From the NCBI GenBank assembly GCA_046484135.1, contig JAWOBU010000106.1:1-15226 (forward strand): DNA of 15,226 bases, read 5' to 3'. The notes under the pieces were generated by a model. The model was not told the DNA's origin. It saw only the letters and a program-made list of their open reading frames with translations, and did not search any database. Of this stretch, positions 1 through 8,547 are shown piece after piece (positions within the stretch are counted from its first letter, which is position 1; every line of letters starts with the position of its first letter). The DNA comes from a bacterium. GTDB lineage: Bacteria > RBG-13-61-14 > DATKZS01. The position numbers and the translations under genes were made by a program.

Positions 1-1
1 T

Positions 2-454
2 GTCGCCTATGTAATGCAGGATGGAAAAGACTTTGGCCGGCTTTAAGTAGCCCACAAAGTAGTCTATCTCTTCGCCTTCCGGAGTGAGAAACCACACCAT
101 GGGAGTTCCCGGCACCCGGTACTTTTTCTTGAGCTCCGGCTCTTTCTTTATGTGGATGCGGGAGGCCACGAGCTTCCGGTTCATGTAACAGGCGATGTCC
201 GGCCGCTCGAAGGACTTCTTATCAAGCATCTCGCACTGCCGGCAATGGTCCTGAAAGAAAACCAGCACTATCGGCTTGCCTTCTTTCGCGCCCCTCGCCA
301 TGGCTTTATCGTAATCGAGCCAGTCAACCTTTTCTTTCTCCCCGCAGGAGGAAGAGTCCTCTGTCCGCTCCGCCCGGCAAAAAAACCCGGCCGCAACAGC
401 TAAGACCATGACGGCCAAACTCATGAGGACCGGCAGTGAGGTTACTCTGTTCAT
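2..454 (-). CDS. Secreted or membrane-anchored thioredoxin-fold protein (SoxW/DsbD-gamma-like), 3' end runs off the window
   Basis: Not in the ORF track because no stop lies in the window. Manual translation from ATG at 454: MNRVTSLPVLMSLAVMVLAVAAGFFC...VDWLDYDKAMARGAKEGKPIVLVFFQDHCRQCEMLDKKSF...KYRVPGTPMVWFLTPEGEEIDYFVGY. Hydrophobic N-terminus, CxxC (CRQC, 233-244) and a cis-Pro-type GTP motif. Confidence 0.85.
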   Translation of the reverse strand, partial: MNRVTSLPVLMSLAVMVLAVAAGFFCRAERTEDSSSCGEKEKVDWLDYDKAMARGAKEGKPIVLVFFQDHCRQCEMLDKKSFERPDIACYMNRKLVASRIHIKKEPELKKKYRVPGTPMVWFLTPEGEEIDYFVGYLKPAKVFSILHYIGD

Positions 455-499
455 AAAAATTAAAATAGCACAAGGGCAGTAGTTGATAAAGCTATAGTT

Positions 500-625
500 T
501 TGCGACATGAAAGGGGGGCAAGTAAACCGCCGGATGTCCCCGCCCGCTTTTATCTGCGGCCGAGACGGCCGCGTTCCCAGCTCTAAAGCAGGTGTAGTTT
601 TCTAAAACCCCCTTACATGTCGCAA
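500..625. repeat. 126-bp element bounded by 18-bp inverted repeats (17/18 match), with an internal GC hairpin
   Basis: TTGCGACATGAAAGGGGG (500-517) and CCCCCTTACATGTCGCAA (608-625) are reverse complements with one mismatch. Internal GCGGCCG-AGA-CGGCCGC at 556-572. Confidence 0.75.
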
Positions 626-711
626 GTCCCAAGGAACCAGGAATTTTGAGAGTGAGGAACAAATGTAATATGATGAGAAAAGATTCATTCCGGCTGGCAA
701 GGAAATGACTT

Positions 712-2199
712 ATGGAGATACGAGTACTTGGCTGTTCCGGCGGACGCAGTCCCGGCCTCGAGCTGACCAGCTATCTTATTGACGAGACCATACTCATTGA
801 CGCGGGTTCCGCTTCTTGCTCGCTCGACCTGGAAGAGCAGGAGACGATCAGCGACGTTCTTATCACCCACTCCCACCTGGACCATATCATCGGGCTTGGA
901 TTCATCTACCAGAACACGGTGCGCTCCCGGGTCCGGCCTCTTTCGGTATACGCCACCGAGCCGGTCCTCGCGGACCTCCGGGAGCATCTTTTCAACCCTG
1001 CTCTCCTGTCCGTGCCCGAAGACCTGCCCCGTCTTAACTTCCATCCCATCTCGGTGGAGATACCTTTCCGGCTCGGGCATTACGAGATCGAGGCGGTCGC
1101 AGTGGACCACTGCCCGGGTTCGGTCGGCTACCGGGTGAGTGATTCCATGAAGACCTTTGTGTTCTCCGGGGACACGGGAGAAGGCGGGAACCTTTGGAAC
1201 TGGCTGGGAAGACACGACCCTCCCGACTCCCTGGTGGCCGAGATCAGCTTCCCGGACCACATGAAAGAGCTGGCCCGCCAAAGCTCCCATCTAACACCTG
1301 CAATGCTCTGCGAGTGCCTGGACCGGGCAGGCCTTCCCCCTGACTACAAGGTAAACATAAACCACTTGAAGCCGGCTTTTCTGGAAGACCTGTTCGAGGA
1401 GATCGAGCACTGCCGGGACCGGAACCTGGTCATCCTGCGAAAAGGCGACCGGATCGTGCTGGAAGAAAAGCTCTCCTCGGATACGGTTTTGCGCCAGACC
1501 GAAGAGCGGGTCGCGGACAAGGTCCCAGAGTTCGACGCATCCTCGGACCTCTATCATCAGCGCGACCGGCTCGAACGGGAGTTCGGGGTCCAGGTGAAAA
1601 AGGATGAGCTCATTTTCAGCCAGGGCGACAGAAGCAGGGTCATGTACATTGTCCGGGAGGGAAAGATACGCATCCACCGGCGCGCCGGCGGCCGGGAAAA
1701 GACCCTGTCCTACCTGGGGCCCGGCGATTTCTTCGGAGAGATGGCCATGCTCAACAACCGGCCCCGGTCGGCGTCCGCCACCGCTGTAACCGGCGCGCGC
1801 CTGCTGGCTTTTGACAAGCCCGCGTTCGAGAACATGGTGAAGAACAACTTCGGGGTCGCCTTCCGCATCATCCGCACCTTGACCCAGCGTCTCCAGGAGG
1901 CTGACACCCTGATCGAGAACCTGCTTTACATAGACCCGGAGTCCAAGGTTATCAACACCCTGATCCAGACCGCTTATGACGAAGGCATCGAGACGGATGA
2001 AGGTTTCCTGGTCCGGACCAACCCGGAAAATATCTCGGACCGGAGCGGGGTCATCCCTTCCACCTTGCGGGACATCTTCTCCGGCCTGGTGGAGCGGGAA
2101 CTCATCGAGCTCCGGAAGGAGGCCATCATCATTCCCGACGTCCAGAAGCTCCGCCGGCTTCTCAAGTTCATCGAACTGAAAAACGAGTTCGGTTACTGA
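712..2199 (+). CDS. Fusion of an MBL-fold class II-type 3',5'-cyclic nucleotide phosphodiesterase, a cNMP-binding domain and a CRP/FNR-type winged HTH
   Basis: aa 1-~250: VLGCSGG, IDAGS, THSHLDH (HxHxDH), VDH, SGDT, SSHLTP, NHLKP. aa ~290-400: IFSQGD...MYIVREGKIRI...LGPGDFFGEMAMLNNRPRSASA (cNMP phosphate-binding cassette), then a C-helix (TLTQRL) and a CRP-like C-terminal domain. AAGGA upstream of the start. Confidence 0.88.
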   Translation: MEIRVLGCSGGRSPGLELTSYLIDETILIDAGSASCSLDLEEQETISDVLITHSHLDHIIGLGFIYQNTVRSRVRPLSVYATEPVLADLREHLFNPALLSVPEDLPRLNFHPISVEIPFRLGHYEIEAVAVDHCPGSVGYRVSDSMKTFVFSGDTGEGGNLWNWLGRHDPPDSLVAEISFPDHMKELARQSSHLTPAMLCECLDRAGLPPDYKVNINHLKPAFLEDLFEEIEHCRDRNLVILRKGDRIVLEEKLSSDTVLRQTEERVADKVPEFDASSDLYHQRDRLEREFGVQVKKDELIFSQGDRSRVMYIVREGKIRIHRRAGGREKTLSYLGPGDFFGEMAMLNNRPRSASATAVTGARLLAFDKPAFENMVKNNFGVAFRIIRTLTQRLQEADTLIENLLYIDPESKVINTLIQTAYDEGIETDEGFLVRTNPENISDRSGVIPSTLRDIFSGLVERELIELRKEAIIIPDVQKLRRLLKFIELKNEFGY

Positions 2200-2669
2200 C
2201 CGTGATGGTGGCGGTGGGGATGGGAATGGTGTCCTTTTGACTCTCCGTCCTTTTTGAAGCTCGTGCCCGCGGTGGAGCCGGTCAAGGTGCCGTGCAGGAC
2301 CCCCCGCAAGGATATGAGCCGGTCGGAGAGCTCCTTGATTTGCCGGGCCTTGCCGCGTGAGATAATGACCTCCATGCAGTTGTCGTGGTCAAGGTGAACG
2401 TGCATGGACGAGATGACCTGGCCGGGAAAGTCGTGTTGAAGCTGGTTCAGCTTACTCGTAAGCTCGGGCACGTGATGGTTGTAAACAATGGTGATGGCCC
2501 CTGCCGTCTCCGCGTCGTGGGCCCACTCCTCCTCCACCAGCACCCGCCTGACCATGTCCCGGATGGCCTCCGACCGGTTGGTGTAAGCATGGTCGTGGAT
2601 GTAGGCGTCAAACTTTTCCAGAAGCCAAGATTCCATGGAAACACCGAAACGCTTCAGCTCGTCGTCCAT
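2193..2669 (-). CDS. nikR: Nickel-responsive transcriptional regulator NikR with a His-rich C-terminal tail
   Basis: Ribbon-helix-helix N-terminus (KRFGVSM...YTNRSEAIRDMVR). Ni-site residues in QH...SSMHVHLDHDNCME match the H76/H87/H89/C95 pattern of E. coli NikR. GAGGA RBS overlaps the glnS stop. Confidence 0.95.
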   Translation of the reverse strand: MDDELKRFGVSMESWLLEKFDAYIHDHAYTNRSEAIRDMVRRVLVEEEWAHDAETAGAITIVYNHHVPELTSKLNQLQHDFPGQVISSMHVHLDHDNCMEVIISRGKARQIKELSDRLISLRGVLHGTLTGSTAGTSFKKDGESKGHHSHPHRHHHGQ

Positions 2670-2678
2670 GATCAGTCC

Positions 2679-4373
<1,695 letters not shown>

Positions 4374-4448
4374 TATATAAAGCTCCCTCCTTGTTTTGTC
4401 CACATGATAGGACCATTTTGGCCAAAGTTAAAGACGAGAGAAAAAGCC

Positions 4449-5879
4449 TCAGTAGACAACTTCCTGCAGGAAACGACGCCACAGAGGATCAAGCACGTAC
4501 TTGTCGGGATTGTAATCCCGGCAGTTCTCAGGGATTTGGGCGCCGGTGCGCTCTCGGAAGTTCGCGAGCTTTTGCGCAAGCTCTCGCGCACGCGCCGGCA
4601 TTTCCGAAGCCAGGTTCTCGGTCTCTCCCATATCATTTTCCAGGTCGTAGAGCTCGAGCTCTCCCGTGTCATAAAACCGGATCAGCTTCCACTTTCCATG
4701 TCGCACCGCTCCGGAAGACCTGCCGCCCAGAAAATGAGGCCGCGACAAAGGATAATGCCAGAACAGGCCTCGGTCGGACGCTTCCTTGCTCGGGTCCGAC
4801 AGGTAAGGCATCAGGTCCTTGCCGTCGTGCTTCCGGCCGGGAGATGCGCCGCTTAAGCCGGCGAAGAAAGGGTAGAAATCCATGTTGATGGAGGGAGAGG
4901 CGCATACCTTGCCGGCCGGCGCAGGGCCGGGATAACGGATGATAAGCGGCACGCGGATGCCTCCTTCGTAAAGCGTGGACTTGCCCGCCCGCAATGGAGC
5001 GTTGGACGTAACCAGCTCCTCTCCTCCGTTGTCGCTCGTAAAGACCACTACCGTGTTCTCTTCGAGGCCGAGCTTGCGCAAGGTCTCCGCGATCATGCCG
5101 GCGCCCTGGTCAATGGTCTCGAGCTGGGCCGCGAGATGCGGGTTGTTATTCCCGGCCCCGCTGTCTTCTCCCGCGGCCGGCTTCTTCTTGTACTTTTTAA
5201 CCGGCTCTTCTTTGCCGCGCAGTACCGTATGGACCGCGTAATGGCTGAGCAGCAGAAAGAAGGGCCGGTTGCGATGTCGTTTTATAAACTCGACTGCTTC
5301 ATGATTACACCTGTCCACCAGGTACTCGCGGCCGGGGAGTCGTTTTTCCACTTCCGGGTTGAACCGGTAGGGATAGAAGTAGTCGCCGTTTCCTATGGAT
5401 TTTGTTTCCGAGACCATGACCTCGTCGAAACCGTGGTGTCGGGGGAACCCCTTCTCGTTCCGGTAGCCGGTCAGGTGCCACTTACCCACAAGCCCGGTTA
5501 CGTAGCCTCGTTGCTTCAGCATCTCGGGCAGGGTTACAAGCGACGATGGAATCTGCTTGTCCGACCAGGGCAAAAGATAGTCGTTTATCCCGACGCGGGC
5601 GGGGTACTGCCCGGTCATGAGCGCGGCCCGGTAGGGCGAGCACACCGGGGCCGCGGCATAGTGGTCCGTGAACCTGACCCCCTCTCCGGCAAGCCGGTCC
5701 AGGCATGGAGTGCTGTTAAAGCTGTTGCCGTAACACCCGAGCTCGCTGTAGCCGAGGTCGTCGGCCAGGATAAACACGATGTTGGGTGGACGGCTCGTGG
5801 CGCCGGTCAAAGCCCATCCGCCCGCTGCCAGGGCGGCGGTGCAAAGAAATCGCCTGCGGGGAATACCCGGGTATGTCAT
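4449..5879 (-). CDS. Cys-type (formylglycine-dependent) sulfatase of the arylsulfatase A superfamily, with a probable Tat signal peptide
   Basis: PNIVFILADDLG, CSPYRAALMTG (CxPxR), GKWHL, FTSDNGG, GKSTLYEGGIRVP, ELYDLENDMGETENL. N-terminal PRRRFL followed by a hydrophobic stretch. Confidence 0.93.
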   Translation of the reverse strand: MTYPGIPRRRFLCTAALAAGGWALTGATSRPPNIVFILADDLGYSELGCYGNSFNSTPCLDRLAGEGVRFTDHYAAAPVCSPYRAALMTGQYPARVGINDYLLPWSDKQIPSSLVTLPEMLKQRGYVTGLVGKWHLTGYRNEKGFPRHHGFDEVMVSETKSIGNGDYFYPYRFNPEVEKRLPGREYLVDRCNHEAVEFIKRHRNRPFFLLLSHYAVHTVLRGKEEPVKKYKKKPAAGEDSGAGNNNPHLAAQLETIDQGAGMIAETLRKLGLEENTVVVFTSDNGGEELVTSNAPLRAGKSTLYEGGIRVPLIIRYPGPAPAGKVCASPSINMDFYPFFAGLSGASPGRKHDGKDLMPYLSDPSKEASDRGLFWHYPLSRPHFLGGRSSGAVRHGKWKLIRFYDTGELELYDLENDMGETENLASEMPARARELAQKLANFRERTGAQIPENCRDYNPDKYVLDPLWRRFLQEVVY

Positions 5880-5914
5880 TCTCCGGCTCCTTTGTTATAG
5901 TCTTGCAAAAAGCT

Positions 5915-5943
5915 AATTTAGAATAATATCTTGTTTAACGCAA
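5915..5943 (-). promoter_or_regulatory. Possible sigma70-type promoter for the sulfatase-glnS-nikR run
   Basis: Minus strand TTGCGT-N17-TAAATT in AT-rich intergenic DNA about 35 nt upstream of the sulfatase start. Confidence 0.3.
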
Positions 5944-6161
5944 AACCACGGAGCAAAAAAGCAAAAGAATGCCCGGCCTTCAATATCTTATAGCGCCGGT
6001 TGCGAGGAGCGGGTTTTTACTTTTCACCCCTGCTTCGGACAGGAGCATCTTGCCGGCGGCTTCATGACCGGCCTCATCTTCAACAAGTGCGGGGTTGTTC
6101 AGGAAGCGGGAAGTAATATCAGAGCAGGCTTTACGAAATTGTTCGCGGGGTTCTTTTCCGG

Positions 6162-6191
6162 TTGCCATAAGCGGGTGTTTTATGGTAATCT
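6162..6191 (+). promoter_or_regulatory. Putative sigma70-type promoter of the first Hsp70 gene, overlapped by a 9-N9-9 inverted repeat
   Basis: TTGCCA (6162-6167)-N18-TAATCT (6186-6191) with TG just upstream of the -10. TTGCCATAA-N9-TTATGGTAA at 6162-6188. Confidence 0.4.
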
Positions 6192-6234
6192 TTAATAAAA
6201 AATCAATGCCCTGAAAGCGGGAAAGGAAGAACCA

Positions 6235-7827
6235 ATGGGTAGAGTAGTAGGTATAGACCTTGGCACCAGCACGTCATGCGTGGCCTATATGGAGAGCGAG
6301 ACTCCCAAGGTGCTCCACGGTAGGGACGGAGAGCCCATCCAGGCCTCGATCGTGTCCTTTACGGATGACGGGCAGATCATCGTGGGAAACCCTGCCAAGC
6401 CCTACATCATCAAGGCGCCACAACGCACGGTGTACTCGTCCAAGCGGCTTATCGGCCGTCCCTTCTTCAGCTCCGAGGTCAAGAAGGCCATGGCGGTCTC
6501 GACCTATGACATCGTGGAAGGCCCCAACCAGAGCGTCCGCATCCAGGTGGAGGAAAAGCAATACTCCTGTCCCGAGATCGGCGCCATGATCCTGACCGAG
6601 ATGAAAAGGATAGCCGAGTCCAAGCTGGGCGAAGAAGTGGATCAGGCCGTTGTAACGGTGCCGGCCAACTTCAACGACGGACAGCGGCAGGCCACCAAGG
6701 ACGCAGGCACCATTGCCGGCCTGAACGTACTGCGCATCATCAACGAGCCCACTGCCGCGGCCCTGGCTTACGGTTACGGGAAAGGCCTCCAGCAGAAGGT
6801 GGCCATCTATGACCTGGGAGGAGGGACCTTTGATATCTCCATCCTCGAGATAGGAGACGACGTGTACGAGGTCATCTCCACCGCGGGCGACATGTACCTG
6901 GGAGGAGACGACTTTGACGACCGGCTCATTGACTACATGGCAGAGCGGTTCATGAAAGAGCACGATTACGATCTCCGAAACGACCGGAACGCGCTCCAGC
7001 GGCTCAAGGACACCGCGGAGCGGACCAAGATCGAGCTTACCGACAAGCTGGAGACCAAGATCAACCTTCCCGCCATCGCAGAAGTCAACGGAGAACCCAC
7101 TGACCTCGAGCTGGACATCAACCGGAACTACTTCGGCCAGATGGTCCACGACCTGATCCAGCGGACCTTCAAGGTCTGCGACGAAGCGCTCCAGGACGCC
7201 CATCTTACCGTCCAGGACCTGGACGCGCTTATCCTGGTGGGCGGTCCTACCCGCATGCCCATTGTGCGGGACGCTGTTCAATCCTACTTCTTTAAAGAAC
7301 CCAAGATTGATATAGACCCCGACCAGGTGGTGGCTATGGGAGCGGCCATCCAGGCCTCCTCTCTTAAAGAAGCGACCACCGGTGCACTGCTCCTCGACGT
7401 AACCCCCATGTCCCTCGGAATCGAGACCGCGGGAGGGCTCATGGACGTGCTTATTGAAAGGAACACGCCCATTCCCACCGAGCAGAGCCGCGTGTTCACC
7501 ACCACCCACGACGGCCAGACCGCGGTCAAGATACGCATCTTCCAGGGAGAAGAGCGCTTTTGCAAGGACAACGAGCTCATGGGCGAGTTCCGGCTCGCCG
7601 ACATTCCCGAGGCCCCCAAAGGCACTCCCAAAATCCGGGTCACCTTCGAGATAGACTCGAACGGCATCGTGAACGTAACCGGCCAGGACGAGGAGACCGG
7701 CAAGGCCCGCAGTGTCAAGCTCAACGTCTCCGGCGGTCTTTCCGAGGAGGAGATAAAGAAGCTCAAGGAAGAGCACTCCCGGCTCGGCGGCAGCGAGGAA
7801 GTAACAACAGTGGAAGCCGAGAATTGA
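6235..7827 (+). CDS. Hsp70/DnaK-family protein lacking most of the C-terminal alpha-helical lid (non-canonical paralog)
   Basis: [55 protein letters not shown], linker [18 protein letters not shown]-beta ([29 protein letters not shown]). The 530-aa protein ends shortly after [10 protein letters not shown] (helix A). Confidence 0.93.
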   Translation: MGRVVGIDLGTSTSCVAYMESETPKVLHGRDGEPIQASIVSFTDDGQIIVGNPAKPYIIKAPQRTVYSSKRLIGRPFFSSEVKKAMAVSTYDIVEGPNQSVRIQVEEKQYSCPEIGAMILTEMKRIAESKLGEEVDQAVVTVPANFNDGQRQATKDAGTIAGLNVLRIINEPTAAALAYGYGKGLQQKVAIYDLGGGTFDISILEIGDDVYEVISTAGDMYLGGDDFDDRLIDYMAERFMKEHDYDLRNDRNALQRLKDTAERTKIELTDKLETKINLPAIAEVNGEPTDLELDINRNYFGQMVHDLIQRTFKVCDEALQDAHLTVQDLDALILVGGPTRMPIVRDAVQSYFFKEPKIDIDPDQVVAMGAAIQASSLKEATTGALLLDVTPMSLGIETAGGLMDVLIERNTPIPTEQSRVFTTTHDGQTAVKIRIFQGEERFCKDNELMGEFRLADIPEAPKGTPKIRVTFEIDSNGIVNVTGQDEETGKARSVKLNVSGGLSEEEIKKLKEEHSRLGGSEEVTTVEAEN

Positions 7828-7881
7828 TGCCGGCCTTTGTTGACCCGTTTAGTAAGACATCTTTTATAAAAAGGAGAAGCG

Positions 7882-8415
7882 ATGGACCCTCAGTTTAAAA
7901 AAGAGGTCATGGCACTGGCACGGATTATAGACGAAATGGACTACTACCAGATTCTGAAAGTAAAACAGAAGGCCTTTACGGAAGAGATAAAAAGGGCCTA
8001 CTTCAAGCAGTCCCGGCTTTTTCACCCGGACAAGTACTACAACGAGGACCCGGCGTTGGTAAACCTGGTTACCAAGATTTTCAAGAGGATGAACGAAGCC
8101 TATAAAGTGCTCTCCGACCCCCGGAAGAGGCCTGTCTACACCAGGGCCATAAACGGTCCCCAGCGGGAGAAGTTCCTCCGGTTCGACCCCAAGATGATGG
8201 AGAATGCAGGCGCCAAGGAGAAAGAGGACGAGGGACAGACCGCCATGGGCAAGAAGTACTACCAGATGGCCAAGACCGCCATCAACAACAAAGACTACAA
8301 CGCCGCCAAGATAAACCTCCAGCTCGCCAGTAAAATGGAGCCCAACAACAAAACCTTCAAGTCAAAGCTCCAGGAAGTGGAAGAGACCTTGAAGATGAGA
8401 AAGAAAAAATCCTGA
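7882..8415 (+). CDS. Class C (type III) J-domain protein with a C-terminal TPR-like helical region
   Basis: DYYQILKV...EEIKRAYFKQSRLFHPDKY...FKRMNEAYKVLSDPRKR, with HPD at 8023-8031. C-terminal KKYYQMAKTAINNKDYNAAKINLQLASKMEPNN is TPR-like. No G/F region or zinc finger. AGGAG RBS. Confidence 0.9.
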   Translation: MDPQFKKEVMALARIIDEMDYYQILKVKQKAFTEEIKRAYFKQSRLFHPDKYYNEDPALVNLVTKIFKRMNEAYKVLSDPRKRPVYTRAINGPQREKFLRFDPKMMENAGAKEKEDEGQTAMGKKYYQMAKTAINNKDYNAAKINLQLASKMEPNNKTFKSKLQEVEETLKMRKKKS

Positions 8416-8449
8416 CGACTTCCTGTTGCTGATATCCTGGTCCGGCCCG

Positions 8450-8479
8450 TTGCATAACCACCCCCCACCCGGATAAAAT
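8450..8479 (+). promoter_or_regulatory. Possible internal sigma70-type promoter for the second Hsp70 gene
   Basis: TTGCAT (8450-8455)-N18-TAAAAT (8474-8479) in the 132-nt intergenic gap; GGAGG RBS before ATG 8548. Confidence 0.35.
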
Positions 8480-8547
8480 AACACGGGTAAGAGGAGGGGC
8501 ATGTCCGTGTTCGTTCTTCCTTCTTAGAAAAATCCGGAGGACTGCTT

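Noticed and set aside
152..403. 83-aa plus-strand ORF
   Set aside because: Lies antisense to the better-supported thioredoxin-fold gene.
712..2199. PDE-CRP fusion as part of a Pycsar or CBASS defence locus
   Set aside because: No nucleotide cyclase, CD-NTase, TIR or transmembrane effector gene is adjacent; the neighbours are housekeeping-type genes.
5980..6168. 62-aa minus-strand ORF in the sulfatase/Hsp70 intergenic region
   Set aside because: No recognisable motif or clear RBS, and it overlaps the putative Hsp70 promoter; not supportable, though a small protein is not excluded.
6274..7776. 500-aa ORF antisense to the first Hsp70
   Set aside because: Long antisense frames opposite dnaK genes are a known by-product of codon bias in GC-rich genomes; it shows no independent motifs.
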